Origin: Nitrospiraceae bacterium
GTDB taxonomy: Bacteria > Nitrospirota > Nitrospiria > Nitrospirales > Nitrospiraceae
Reading direction: 5' to 3'
Assembly: GCA_050246315.1 (NCBI GenBank)
Contig: JBFWWG010000003.1
Location: 96,001-160,000 of the forward strand
DNA length: 64,000 nt
This document shows, piece after piece, positions 27,303 through 38,332 of this stretch (positions within the stretch are counted from its first letter, which is position 1; every line of letters starts with the position of its first letter). The notes beneath the pieces are model-generated. The model made no database searches and was not told the origin of the DNA. It worked only from the letters and a program-made list of their open reading frames with translations. The translations under genes were made by a program, and so were the position numbers.

Positions 27303-27446
27303 CCAGGGCCGAAACACGTCAGATATCATACGTCAACCGTCAGTCGCGAGAAGCACGAGGCGTCCTACAAGGAAAAGGCGGGCCCAGTCTTCACGATTGA
27401 CGGGTGACGACGCGATCACCCAAGCGCGTGATCGCCGGCCAGAGAA

Positions 27447-27959
27447 TTACTTGGTCAGTTCGCGAATGAGGTGGCCGAGTTCGGGAAGGATGAGTTTCTC
27501 CATGGCCAGGCGCACGGCATTCTCTGAGCCCGGCGTCGAGAAGAGCACGCGCCCCTTCACGATGCCGGCGGTCGCCCGGCTGATGATGGCCGGTGAGCCG
27601 ATTTCCTGGTAGGTGAGAAACCGAAAGATTTCTCCAAAGCCGTCCAGCCGTTTCTCCAACATTCCGTCCACCGCTTCGAACGTGGAGTCCCGCCGAGCAA
27701 TGCCGGTCCCACCGTTGATCATGATGGCCTGCACCTGCTGATTCGCACAGGCCTCCTCGACCTTGGATCGAATCTGTGCCGGTTCATCCTTGATCAGATG
27801 ATAGGCCAGCACTTCGTGTCCCTGATCTTTGAGCAGACGCATGATCAGTTGGCCGCTGGTATCGGTCTCGGGCGTACGGCTGTCGCTGCACGTGACGACC
27901 ATGCAGCCGATGCGTGTCGGCGCATGCTGCTTGTGCTCGTGATGAGTCGGGATAGTCAT
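27447..27959 (-). CDS. moaB: Molybdenum cofactor biosynthesis protein MoaB/MogA
   Basis: VTCSDSR...DTSG, GGTG...RD.T.EA, PGS..AV.LA. Confidence 0.88.
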   Translation of the reverse strand: MTIPTHHEHKQHAPTRIGCMVVTCSDSRTPETDTSGQLIMRLLKDQGHEVLAYHLIKDEPAQIRSKVEEACANQQVQAIMINGGTGIARRDSTFEAVDGMLEKRLDGFGEIFRFLTYQEIGSPAIISRATAGIVKGRVLFSTPGSENAVRLAMEKLILPELGHLIRELTK

Positions 27960-28038
27960 CAGAAGAAAGGCCAGCCCGCCGGCCGGCTGATGGAGGACGG
28001 GGCGGGGTTGATTCAGATCAACCAGTCGCGTGCGTCGC

Positions 28039-28365
28039 CTAGCTCCACACCGAATCTGGCCGAAGTTTTTCTACCGGCTGACCCTTGACGATATGCTCAT
28101 CGAGAATGGTCGTCACGTCCGCCTCCGTCACCTTGGCATACCAGGTGCCAGTTGGGTAGACGACGACCGTCGGACCCTGTTCGCAGGGTCCGAGACATCC
28201 GGTTCCCGTCACCAACACCTCGCCTGGTTGAATGCCTCGTTGCATGAGCCCCATATTGAAGGCCATGAGCAATTGTTGTGATCCGGCCGAGCCACAGGAA
28301 GGCTTTGGATGCCCAGGCGGCCTGGTGTTGGCGCAGACGAGAATGTGATATCGAGGCTTCGGCAT
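28039..28365 (-). CDS. Thioredoxin-like [2Fe-2S] ferredoxin
   Basis: VC.N.R..GHP..SC, GCLGPC..GP.VVVYP...WY. Confidence 0.9.
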   Translation of the reverse strand: MPKPRYHILVCANTRPPGHPKPSCGSAGSQQLLMAFNMGLMQRGIQPGEVLVTGTGCLGPCEQGPTVVVYPTGTWYAKVTEADVTTILDEHIVKGQPVEKLRPDSVWS

Positions 28366-28427
28366 ATCTTATCCTTTCTCTGCGGGATGCTTGAAAATAT
28401 TCCGTTGGGCGGGCACCGGGTTAAGGA

Positions 28428-28871
28428 TTATCTGCGGTAGTAAGCCTTCCAGATGTCTTCGGTCTCCTCGCCCAATTTCCAATGTTTGATGCCCTTCATC
28501 ACCCAATCCAGATAGTGTTCTTTCGGCTTGAACTTGCCGATCGGAGGCGCCGAATGGGTGGTGACCAATTGCTTCTCCTCCTGCTCATCGATCACGGTGA
28601 CGGATAGATGCCGGTAGGCCCCCTCTGGCACATCCCCCTCAAACTGATCCATATTTTTTAAGTCTTCTTCCGTCATGTCCACGATCATGCCCCAGACCCG
28701 CTCACCCGGCGACGGCACGACGCTCGCCAAGCCACAGCGCCATTGGGAGGACCACCGACAAAATTGAATCGTATGGTCGGGGAGATAGGCCTTGCCGACC
28801 GGTTGGTATTCCGGAGCCCGGCGCTTCAGTTGCGATGGGTTGAGGTTGTCCGCATACACAAAGACTTTCAT
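28428..28871 (-). CDS. Gamma-glutamylcyclotransferase family protein
   Basis: FVYADNL, G.ASV.P..G..VWG, MD.FEG, P...YL. Confidence 0.8.
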   Translation of the reverse strand: MKVFVYADNLNPSQLKRRAPEYQPVGKAYLPDHTIQFCRWSSQWRCGLASVVPSPGERVWGMIVDMTEEDLKNMDQFEGDVPEGAYRHLSVTVIDEQEEKQLVTTHSAPPIGKFKPKEHYLDWVMKGIKHWKLGEETEDIWKAYYRR

Positions 28872-29115
28872 GACATCTTCATCCTCATGACCAGCCACCG
28901 CGCATATCTCGGCCGGCTGCTGTCACTCGAAACATGGGACTGCTGCCCTGGAGATAGGACACGGCGAACATGGAACGGCCCTTCAAAACCACAAGTTTGT
29001 AACACAGTCCCCTGTGAGATTGCCAGCGGGCCGCGCCCGCGGAATCCTTGCGGCATCCGCGGCTCGATTTGACTTGCGTCGCGACGATCCCTATTCTCCA
29101 CAGAAACCGATCTGT

Positions 29116-29670
29116 ATGACCACGCTGCGAACACGCATGGACAGTTCTGCCTCACCGAGCCAGCCGAGCACCTCGGGTCCATCATCCGGCGCATCGGCCG
29201 CTGCTCCGCACACACCATCGCCAGGACTCTCACGCAGTGCCCTGTGGCATGGGGTTGCGCTGGCGGTACTGCTGTTCGGCGGCGCAATTTACTGGTTTGT
29301 GAAACCACCCAACCTGAACCTGCTCGCCGATCCGACCTCCGCCGAGGCGTTGGCGTTGGTGCAGACCCACCGGGCGAAGCAGGCGCCGACCATCTTGCAG
29401 GGGGTCAACGAGCTCGCACGGCTGCGCGAGGAACGCGGTGTGAAAACCAGACTCGGCCGGTGGATGGTCGAGAGGGAAGGTGAGAATCTCTACATCGTCA
29501 AGGTGATGTTTCGGGAGCAGGGGAGCCGGAACTGGGTTGAACGGGAATATACCTGGCACGTGGATCTCAAGGGGAGGAAGGTCAACGCGCTGTCGATGCC
29601 GGCGATTGACCTGATGCCGGAGGAAGATTTGGCCCCGTTGAACCCGGCGATGCCGCTCCCGGTCAGATAG
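29116..29670 (+). CDS. Hypothetical membrane-anchored protein
   Basis: Ser/Pro-rich N-terminus and a single TM helix; start uncertain. Confidence 0.65.
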   Translation: MTTLRTRMDSSASPSQPSTSGPSSGASAAAPHTPSPGLSRSALWHGVALAVLLFGGAIYWFVKPPNLNLLADPTSAEALALVQTHRAKQAPTILQGVNELARLREERGVKTRLGRWMVEREGENLYIVKVMFREQGSRNWVEREYTWHVDLKGRKVNALSMPAIDLMPEEDLAPLNPAMPLPVR

Positions 29671-29723
29671 CCCACGGAACGAGGGTCCTGCCGTTTCATT
29701 GAGCAAGGACCGCACGGCAACGA

Positions 29724-30050
29724 CTACCCGGGGCGGTCGAGCGGAATCTCCACCATAATCAGACCGTTCTCCACCGTCACGTCAAAGCAGGCCACACGGA
29801 AATCCGGATTGTCCACACGCTGTCCGGTCTTCACGTTGAACCGCCATCCGTGCCACGGGCACACGACGCAATCCCCCTTCATCTCGCCCTCGCCCAGCGG
29901 TCCGCCTGCGTGAGGGCAGACGTCATCGGTGGCATAGATCCGCCCCTGCACATTGTAGAGCGCCACCCATCCGGATTCCGTCTCGACCGACCGGCAGGTT
30001 CCCGGAGGCAGTTCTTCCAGGCGAACAAGGGGGAAACGCTTAGCGTTCAT
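29724..30050 (-). CDS. Rieske [2Fe-2S] ferredoxin (NirD-like)
   Basis: CPHAGGPL.EG.....V.CPWHGW.F. Confidence 0.92.
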   Translation of the reverse strand: MNAKRFPLVRLEELPPGTCRSVETESGWVALYNVQGRIYATDDVCPHAGGPLGEGEMKGDCVVCPWHGWRFNVKTGQRVDNPDFRVACFDVTVENGLIMVEIPLDRPG

Positions 30051-30185
30051 CTGGTAATCGTCAAGATACGGTTACGGGGAAGGCGAGCGCGGCGGACGAC
30101 CAGCCCCTTGCTTGATTTCAGCCGGTGAGTATGGCATAGACCTGGATGCTATACTCTCACTTATGAGAGGGAAAAGGGACTCTGT

Positions 30186-30731
30186 ATGGAACTGACCCTG
30201 TTGCTCAACGCGACGTATGAACCGTTGCGAGTGGTGCATTGGCAGAAGGCGATTTCGCTCCTCTGGCAAGGGAAGGTCGAAGTGCTCGAGTTCTATGATC
30301 GGGACGTGCGCGGCGTCTCGATCACCTTCAAGTTGCCGGCGGTCATGCGGCTGCTCAAGCTGGTCAAGCTCAAGGACAGCCACCGCGCCGTCAAATTTTC
30401 GCGCATCAACATCTTCACCCGCGACGGTTACACCTGCCAGTACTGCAGCGTGAAATTTCGGACGGAGGAGTTGACCTTCGATCATGTCGTGCCCATCGCC
30501 AAAGGCGGCAAGAAGACCTGGGAAAACATCGTGACGGCCTGCTGGCGCTGCAACAACCGCAAGAGCGGCCGGACGCCCGAGGAAGCCGGCATGAAACTCG
30601 TCAAGAGACCCGTCAAGCCCCGGTGGAGCCCCGTGGTCACGATCACCATCGGGATCCGCAATGCACCGCAAAGCTGGCGCGATTACCTCTATTGGAATAT
30701 GGCGTTGGACGAGGACGCCGCCGACACCTAG
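30186..30731 (+). CDS. HNH endonuclease (McrA-like)
   Basis: LLLNATYEPL, RDGYTCQYC, TFDHVVP, WENIVTAC..CN. Confidence 0.92.
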   Translation: MELTLLLNATYEPLRVVHWQKAISLLWQGKVEVLEFYDRDVRGVSITFKLPAVMRLLKLVKLKDSHRAVKFSRINIFTRDGYTCQYCSVKFRTEELTFDHVVPIAKGGKKTWENIVTACWRCNNRKSGRTPEEAGMKLVKRPVKPRWSPVVTITIGIRNAPQSWRDYLYWNMALDEDAADT

Positions 30732-30732
30732 T

Positions 30733-30797
30733 CAGGATGTTGAAATAGTCCGCCAGCTTTGTTCTCACCTCGCTGGACGGACTTTTTGACCCTCCTG
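30733..30797. repeat. Short, internally deleted copy of the CAGGATG MITE family
   Basis: caggatgttgaaatagtccgccagc ... gctggacggactttttgaccctcctg. Confidence 0.75.
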
Positions 30798-30811
30798 TGG
30801 GCTTTCTTCTT

Positions 30812-31243
30812 TCAGCGTACATTGCTCAAGGTAATATCCACCTGGTCGCCGCCGACCATGGTCGGATTCTTTTCGAACTCACCTTCGATATCGCCCGGCT
30901 GAGCCGGTCCGGCTTGACCGTCACGGTCCAGCCGCGCCACCACATCGACCACGCCTCGCAGCTCGGTGCCCTGCATCATGACATCGGCATTTGTGACCTC
31001 GTAGGCCACCGGAAATTGAGGGTTGTCGAACCGCTTGGCCGCCAACGGACGCTTGGCCTGCGGCCTTCTCACGATCACAAACAAGACATCCGTCGCCTTC
31101 ACCTGACCGGCTAACTCGGGAAGGATCGTCACTCGGCCCGCAATGCGGCTCACGCCGGGCTTCTCGCACCCGTGCGCCAGACCGAAATATGCAGCGATTG
31201 CAGCCAGAGCGATGATGCCACCTGCCATCCCAAACGTGCCCAT
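30812..31243 (-). CDS. Exported protein resembling the CcmI/CycH C-terminal domain
   Basis: G.V.I.PEL...LFVI.R....PLAAKR...FP...MM....V.V.ARLD.DG; start uncertain. Confidence 0.7.
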   Translation of the reverse strand: MGTFGMAGGIIALAAIAAYFGLAHGCEKPGVSRIAGRVTILPELAGQVKATDVLFVIVRRPQAKRPLAAKRFDNPQFPVAYEVTNADVMMQGTELRGVVDVVARLDRDGQAGPAQPGDIEGEFEKNPTMVGGDQVDITLSNVR

Positions 31244-31447
31244 GGTATGCTTCGCCACAACTTCTCCTTGTCGCCAACCCGCATGTGGTTCCCTGCGACG
31301 CTTCCGGCGCACTTGTAAGAATGGATATTATAACGATCGGCCTCGCAAAAGGGGAGGTCTCTTTTGTGCGCTGCGAGTCCTGTTGTATGATACGCGACCG
31401 TCCGTCGTCGGAAGACTCGGAGACGGCAGCCAGAAGGGAGAAGACTT

Positions 31448-32092
31448 GTGAACCCAGGATTTCCACTATCACTCGACGTCAAGGGGTGGCCCTGTCTCGT
31501 TCTTGGAGGAGACGAGGAAGCCGCCGACAAGGCGATCCGGTTGCTGGAGGCCGGCGCCAAAGTCACCGTCATCAATCCCACGCTCAACGATACGCTCAAG
31601 AAACTTACAGCCAGCGCCAAGGTCATTCATCGTGGGCGGCTGTTCCGCGCCACGGACACGCCGGGCGTCGTTCTGATCCTCAATTGTCTCAGGGACAACC
31701 GCGAATTTTCGGAATCGCTGTTGGACCTGGCCCGCAAAGACAGATTTCAGGTCTGGTCCGTGGACCAGCCGGAACACTCTACGGTCATGATGCCGGCCGT
31801 CGTCAGTCGCGGACACTTGCGAATCGCGGTGAGCACGAGCGGGGCCGCTCCGGCGCTCGCGTCCAGGATTCGTCAAGATCTGGAAGCGATCTTCGGCTCG
31901 GAGGCGGCGGAATTTCTTTCATGGCTGGGTGAACTCCGCGACGAGACCAAGGCTGCGCAAGCCGACTACGCACAGCGCAAGGACACGCTTCGCCGCGCCG
32001 TCCAGGAGTTCAAGCTCACTGGCCAGGTACAGTACCCCTCCGCCTGGCTCCAACAGCGTACGGCCAAACCTGAAACCAATCCCTCAAAGTAG
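31448..32092 (+). CDS. Precorrin-2 dehydrogenase / sirohydrochlorin ferrochelatase (CysG-N/SirC-like)
   Basis: FP..L...G..CLV.GG, VDQP.....MPAV..RG.L.IAVSTSG.APALA. Confidence 0.88.
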   Translation: MNPGFPLSLDVKGWPCLVLGGDEEAADKAIRLLEAGAKVTVINPTLNDTLKKLTASAKVIHRGRLFRATDTPGVVLILNCLRDNREFSESLLDLARKDRFQVWSVDQPEHSTVMMPAVVSRGHLRIAVSTSGAAPALASRIRQDLEAIFGSEAAEFLSWLGELRDETKAAQADYAQRKDTLRRAVQEFKLTGQVQYPSAWLQQRTAKPETNPSK

Positions 32093-32103
32093 GAGACAGA
32101 CAT

Positions 32104-32415
32104 ATGGTGTTGCTCGAAGTCAGCATGTCGCCGTTGGGCAAAGGCGAAAGCGTGGGCAAGTACGTCGCCCGCTCGCTGGAGATCATCGACAAGAGCGGTG
32201 TGGATTACCGGCTAAACCCGATGGGCACGGTGCTGGAAGGGGAGTGGGACGAGGTGATGGCGGTCGTGGAACAATGTTACGAACGGATGCGTAAGGACTG
32301 CAACCGCATCTCCTGCTCCATCAAGATCGACTATCGCAAGGGAGCCAGAGGCAGGCTCAACAGCAAGGTGGCCAGCGTCCAGAAACGGCTCAAACGGACA
32401 CTCAAAACGTCATAG
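32104..32415 (+). CDS. MTH1187/YkoF thiamine-binding family protein
   Basis: S..PLG.GESV..YVA....I..SG..Y.L.PMGT.LEG. Confidence 0.9.
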   Translation: MVLLEVSMSPLGKGESVGKYVARSLEIIDKSGVDYRLNPMGTVLEGEWDEVMAVVEQCYERMRKDCNRISCSIKIDYRKGARGRLNSKVASVQKRLKRTLKTS

Positions 32416-32440
32416 CAACCGCCGACAGGGCCCGGTGTCG

Positions 32441-32926
32441 TTACCAGCGACGGTCCCAGTTGCGGTAGCGGGGCCCGAAGTACGGAGGTCTCCAGAGATA
32501 CGGTCGATAGAACGAGGAGGGACCGTACAGCCAGGGACGGCCGATGTAGAGACCGAATCCGATCGGCGGGATGACGGAGGCAGAGCCGTAGTAGGTAGAA
32601 CCGAACGGAGCGTAGCCATAGGCACCCGGCACAACGACCGGCGGCCGATGGTCCAACGACCGTTGGAGATCCGCTGTGGCTTCGGCTTGGCGATCAACCT
32701 GGTCCGCTAGCCGGCCTAGGGCACCGCGCTGGTCCCGTAACTGCCCTTCAAGCTCGGCTATCTTATCCCGCTGGACCTCGATATAGGCCCGAAGGCAGCG
32801 CGTTTGAGCCGCTCCCTCATAGCCGGTGCATTCCCACGGGATCGAGCCGTCGCCCGCATCGGCTGGAAGCGTGCTGAACACCAGCCATCCGACAATCGCA
32901 CCGATGATTCTCCATTGAATGAGCAT
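32441..32926 (-). CDS. Hypothetical exported protein
   Basis: Signal peptide, Cys pair, coiled coil, Pro/Tyr/Gly-rich tail. Confidence 0.65.
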   Translation of the reverse strand: MLIQWRIIGAIVGWLVFSTLPADAGDGSIPWECTGYEGAAQTRCLRAYIEVQRDKIAELEGQLRDQRGALGRLADQVDRQAEATADLQRSLDHRPPVVVPGAYGYAPFGSTYYGSASVIPPIGFGLYIGRPWLYGPSSFYRPYLWRPPYFGPRYRNWDRRW

Positions 32927-33136
32927 GCCTGCCTACCGATCTCTGACTCCAAAGAAAGTCACATCGTGCACCTCATGGCGTGTCTGATGTCGTGCCATCG
33001 TCCTGGATCCTCCCTATTCCACTTTTACGCTATCACATGAGGAGCACCCTTTTCAGGCTTGAGCCACAGAAGTCCCCGTCGAGTGTGGGGGAGCTGGGCG
33101 GACCGGGCCGCCCAGCTCCCATCTGGTTGAATCGAC

Positions 33137-33814
33137 TTACTGCTTGACGATGTCCAGCAGTTCGACCTCAAAAACCAATGTGGCACCAGGCTTGATGTCC
33201 GGCGGCGCTCCACGATCGCCATAGGCGAGGTTCGAGGGACAGACCAATCGGCTCTTTCCGCCGACCTTGATGTGCTGCAATCCTTCGGTCCAACACTTGA
33301 TGACGTTGCTGAGCGGGAAGGTCGCCGGTTCCTTTCGTTGCACCGAACTGTCGAACACCGTCCCGTCGATCAGGGTTCCATGATAATGCACTTTGACGGT
33401 GTCGGTGGCCTGAGGCGTGGCGCCTTTCCCCGGCGTAATGGCTTTGACGATGGCGCCCGATTCTGTTTTGGTCGCACCCGGTTCAGCCGCCGCCTTGGCC
33501 AGATACGCCGCACCCGTCTTCTTCTCGGCCTCGGCAAGCACCGAAGCCCGGGCCGTTTGCAGTTGTTTGACCTTTGGCCCGAACGCCTGAAAGTCCACCT
33601 TGGCGGGCTTTTTGAGCACACCGTCGGTGATGCCGCTCTTGACGAACTCGAGTTCGGCCTCGCTGAGCGCAAAGGTCCCGAGCGATTGGCTGATCGCCAG
33701 ACCCAGGGCATAGAGTGTTTTTTGATCGTCGGTCGTCGGGTCGGCGGCAGCCGCAACGCCGCCGGTGAGTCCAAGACCGATGACCGCCGACATGATCAGA
33801 ACGGAGCATCGCAT
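33137..33814 (-). CDS. FKBP-type peptidyl-prolyl isomerase (FkpA/Mip-like)
   Basis: VHYHGTLIDGTVFDSS, WTEGLQ, LAYG, TLVFEVELL; signal peptide. Confidence 0.93.
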   Translation of the reverse strand: MRCSVLIMSAVIGLGLTGGVAAAADPTTDDQKTLYALGLAISQSLGTFALSEAELEFVKSGITDGVLKKPAKVDFQAFGPKVKQLQTARASVLAEAEKKTGAAYLAKAAAEPGATKTESGAIVKAITPGKGATPQATDTVKVHYHGTLIDGTVFDSSVQRKEPATFPLSNVIKCWTEGLQHIKVGGKSRLVCPSNLAYGDRGAPPDIKPGATLVFEVELLDIVKQ

Positions 33815-34085
33815 GAGTGATCCTTTCTTGTAAGTGACGTAGGATGGGGGAAGCGCCCGGGTCGTAGACCCAGGGACATGGAACAGTCGCGTTACACCTT
33901 ACCATAGCGACAGGACTGCGTCCCAGCCATTATGCGATCACGATCGGTGGCTGACAGGAAGCGAGTCGGCCTTCTGGAACGACATAATTCCGTCAACAAC
34001 CCGATGATCAGAGAAACGAGCGAGCCTCACCGACAGTCTCTCTGGGGCCGAGATTTCGGGAGCAGGTCCGCCGGGGATCGTCGTA

Positions 34086-34937
34086 TCACGGAACTTCGAA
34101 AGTCAGAACCATCCCTCTCGAAGCGTGAGACCGGTGTGTGTTCGGATTGGGGAAGAGGGAGATCAGCGAATACCGTCCAAAGGGAAGTCCGGCGGTAAAC
34201 ACCCCTTCTCCGCCGAGCTCCAGCCCGCTCATTCCGCCCGCCAACTGCCACGGCCAAAGAGGGAAGGGAAGAAGTCGGCATCGGCGCTGCCGCCACACGA
34301 TCATCGGGTACGTCGGGATTCAGCCTGACTAAAACAGACCCGATGCACTTGGGTGCCCTGATTTTTGACGTAAAAGGTGTGCAGGCTCAACTTGATCGGC
34401 TCAATCACCGCGACCTCATAGTCCAGGAGTGAGAGGTGGTTGTTCGCCGCAATCGAGCGTGTCCGGCCTTCCCGCTCGATCACTGTGAGAGCCTTGTGCA
34501 TACCGAGCACGACATGAGCCCGTATGGTCCATGCTGGGAATGGTGCCGAGCAGGACGTACGCGCCTGCCTCCAAATAGACCGTCGCCTCGGCACACCCTC
34601 TCGGGCCGATGCCGTTGGGCCCACCCATGTGCCTCGCCCAGTGCGGCAGACATCCTCTCTCGGCTTGCCACGCCGCGACGAGGTGATCCACGTTCATCTC
34701 GTCGGTCAATTTGACAAGCTAGATGTGATGCGGTTGCTGTCCGTCATTCAACAGGCGGACAACCGTCTGTCCCGCCGGCAACTGCTCCGGCCCGTCGAAT
34801 ACGTAGTCCGACGCATGGAACGTCGCGACAGTCGTGGTTCCTGTGATGGGAGGAATGAGGAGGTCGGAGGCACAGCCTGCCACCAGGATAGAAAGAGAGA
34901 GGACGAGGGGAAGAAAGCCGTGACCAGCTCTCGCCAT
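34086..34937 (-). pseudogene. Disrupted two-domain cupredoxin-like lipoprotein
   Basis: Lipobox VAGC; DYVFDGPEQLPAG..N.G..PHHI*LVKL with an in-frame TAG at 34719-34721; the rest is split over other frames (HVVLGMHKALTV..., GRYSLISLFPNP..H..RGMV..F.V). Confidence 0.75.
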
Positions 34938-35191
34938 AACGACAACCGCTGACCTGGTGGCTCGCCAGATGGTTCTCCCCTTGACTGGAGAACTCTTTCT
35001 GGTGAAGGAACGTGAGCCTCCTTATACGCCCGTTAGAACAATATTGGCCATAGCGAGGTGCCGGACAGGAGCCACGGCCGACCAACTCATTGGTAGGAGC
35101 CAGCGCTTGTTAGGGAATGGCTGAATCGTGTGAGCCCGTGGGTTCCCCAAGTTCAGAATGGTTTTTCAACTACCTGCTGGAAACGCAGGCG

Positions 35192-36355
35192 TTACTCAAC
35201 ATACGAGCGACGTACCCGCGCACCAATCCCACAGAGCACTTCGTAGGGGATCGTCCCTTGCCCTTGCGCCAGATCCAAGGCAGTGATCCGTTCGGCCCCC
35301 TCTGCACCGATCACTACCACATCTGTGCCGACCTGGGCTTCCGGGATTTCTGTGATATCCACCATGGTCATATCCATGCAGATTCGACCGACCACCGGCG
35401 CTCGCTTCCCCGCAAGGAGCACCGTTCCTTTGTTCGAGAGCATCCGATTGTACCCGTCGGCGTAGCCGAGTGGGAGGACGGCGATCCGAGTTTGACGCGA
35501 AGCCCGAAACGTGCGATTGTAGCTGACGGATTCACCTGACCGCAGGCTCCGAACCTGGACAACCTGCGTGAGAAGCGATAACACCGGCCGCAACGCGACC
35601 TCCACCTCCTGCCCCACGGAATAATGATACCCATAGAGGCCGATCCCGGGCCGGACCGCATCCAGGTGGGAGGCAGGAAAGCGAAGGATGCCGGCGGTGT
35701 TGGCCACATGCGCCAGCGCCACATTCACGCCGGCGCGCCGGATTTGTTCCAGGAGGCCGGTGAACTGCGCAAGCTGGCCTTGTGTGTAGGATCGATCCTC
35801 ACTGTCTGCATCGGCGAAGTGGCTCATCACCCCGTCTAATCGCAGAGGCCCCTTGAAGGCGGGAGATTGCAGGAGATCCAGCAGGCGATCCCGTCCCACC
35901 CCCAGCCGCCCCATCCCGGTGTCCACCTCGACGTGGACCGGGTAGGGGACTGCCTCATCCCGAAGCCGCATCACAAGGTCGCGAGCAAACTCCTCGCTGT
36001 AAATAACCGGGGTCAGCCGATGCGACACCAGGTCGTGAATTTCTCCCTGTACGAGCGGTCCCATCAGGATGATACCGACATCGATCCTCGCCTCTCTGAG
36101 TTGGATGCCTTCCGCGAGAGTCGCCACGCCCAATAGCGTGACACCAGCTTGTACGAGGGCTCGCGAGACGGCCACCGCGCCATGTCCATAGGCATTGGCT
36201 TTGACAATGCCGATCACCCGGCAAGATGGAGCTAACCGGCTGCGAAGACACCGGAGATTGTGGGTCAAGACCCCGAGATCAATAACGCATCGAGTTGGAG
36301 AGGCAGGATGAGTGGGCAGCACGCGACTGATATAGGAGGAGGCAGAGGTGGTCAA
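35192..36355 (-). CDS. alr: Alanine racemase
   Basis: VKANAYGHG, DTGMGRLG, GRICMD, GTIPYE. Confidence 0.96.
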   Translation of the reverse strand: MTTSASSYISRVLPTHPASPTRCVIDLGVLTHNLRCLRSRLAPSCRVIGIVKANAYGHGAVAVSRALVQAGVTLLGVATLAEGIQLREARIDVGIILMGPLVQGEIHDLVSHRLTPVIYSEEFARDLVMRLRDEAVPYPVHVEVDTGMGRLGVGRDRLLDLLQSPAFKGPLRLDGVMSHFADADSEDRSYTQGQLAQFTGLLEQIRRAGVNVALAHVANTAGILRFPASHLDAVRPGIGLYGYHYSVGQEVEVALRPVLSLLTQVVQVRSLRSGESVSYNRTFRASRQTRIAVLPLGYADGYNRMLSNKGTVLLAGKRAPVVGRICMDMTMVDITEIPEAQVGTDVVVIGAEGAERITALDLAQGQGTIPYEVLCGIGARVRRSYVE

Positions 36356-36909
36356 ACTTCGAGAATTTCCTCCTCTTTCTTCTTTAACACATGATCGACC
36401 TTTTCGATATATTGGTCAGTTAGTTTCTGAATTTCGGCCTCGGAGCGGCGCAGATCGTCCTCGCTCATCTTGCCGTCCTTCTGGAGCTTTTTCAGCTCTT
36501 CGTTGGCCTCGCGTCGGACGGTCCTGATGTGTACCTTGGTGTCCTCGCCGTGCTTCTTACAGATCTTGATCAGTTCCCTCCGCCGCTCTTCAGTCAACGG
36601 CGGAAGCGGCACCCGGATCACCTTACCGTCGTTCGACGGCGTCACGCCCAGGTTTGAGGCGGCCAACGCCTTCTCAATTTCTTTGATCAGCTTCACATCC
36701 CACGGCTGGATCGTGATCAAGCGCGGCTCCGGCGTCGACAAGGTGCCGACCTGTTTCAACGGGGTCACGGTGCCGTAATAATCCACCTTGACGTTGTCGA
36801 GCAGTGCGATGGAAGCCCGCCCCGTGCGCATGGTACTCAATTCCCGCTTCAGATGTTCGAGGGTGCGTTCCATCCCCTCCGTCGTCTTTTGATGAACCAG
36901 ATGTGCCAT
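36352..36909 (-). CDS. frr: Ribosome recycling factor
   Basis: RTGRAS, PPLTEERR. Confidence 0.97.
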   Translation of the reverse strand: MAHLVHQKTTEGMERTLEHLKRELSTMRTGRASIALLDNVKVDYYGTVTPLKQVGTLSTPEPRLITIQPWDVKLIKEIEKALAASNLGVTPSNDGKVIRVPLPPLTEERRRELIKICKKHGEDTKVHIRTVRREANEELKKLQKDGKMSEDDLRRSEAEIQKLTDQYIEKVDHVLKKKEEEILEV

Positions 36910-36946
36910 GGCCGTTGTCCTACGCCCCGATCATAAGATTCGACCG

Positions 36947-37668
36947 CTATTGCGGTCCCGCCGTCACTAACGTGCCTACGACCTCTCCCTGCATGATCCG
37001 CTTGAGATTGCCCCGCTGTTTGAGGTTGAACACGATCAGCGGCAGGTTGTTGTCCATGCACAGCGTGACAGCCGTGGAATCCATCACCTTCAAGTTTTGA
37101 TTGATGAGCGACAAAAACGGCAACCGGTCGAACCGCTTGGCCGTTGGGTTCGTCACCGGATCGGCCTCGTACACGCCGTCCACTTTTGTGCCCTTCATGA
37201 TAACATCGGCGCCAATCTCCATGGCCCGAAGGGCCGCCGCCGTATCGGTCGAAAAATACGGGTTTCCGGTGCCGCCCGCGAAGATCACCACCCGCTTCTT
37301 CTCCAGGTGCCGAATCGCCCGCCTGCGAATGTAGCCCTCGGCCAACTGCCGCATCTCGATGGCCGACTGCACACGAGTCATCACTCCGCGGCGCTCAAGG
37401 CTGTTCTGCAAGGCCAGGGCGTTCAGGACAGTCGCGAGCATCCCCATGTAATCGGCGGAGGCGCGTTCCATGCCCTTGGCGCTGGCGGCAATCCCCCTGA
37501 AAATATTGCCTCCGCCGATGACCAGTGCAATCTCCACATCCATCGCGACGACATCCGCAATCTCTCCCCCAAGGCCGTCCAACACGGAGGGTTGGATTCC
37601 GTACCCTTGGTCTCCTGCCAGCATCTCGCCGCTGACTTTCAGAAGAATGCGCCGGTACTTCGCCGTCG

Positions 37669-37672
<4 letters not shown>
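36947..37672 (-). CDS. pyrH: UMP kinase
   Basis: [23 protein letters not shown]. Confidence 0.97.
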
Positions 37673-38265
<593 letters not shown>

Positions 38266-38332
38266 GGAATCGTCATCCTCGCAGAATCAAAAATGTGAAT
38301 GGTGTTCGGACTCCGGTCAACCGCGCCGATCG

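Noticed and set aside
30186..30731. HNH gene as an IscB/HEARO-type RNA-guided nuclease
   Set aside because: Only 181 aa, no PLMP or RuvC motifs and no room for a large upstream ncRNA; ordinary McrA-like HNH
34719..34721. TAG read-through (pyrrolysine or recoding)
   Set aside because: The same gene also has frameshifts and lost ligands, so pseudogenisation is simpler
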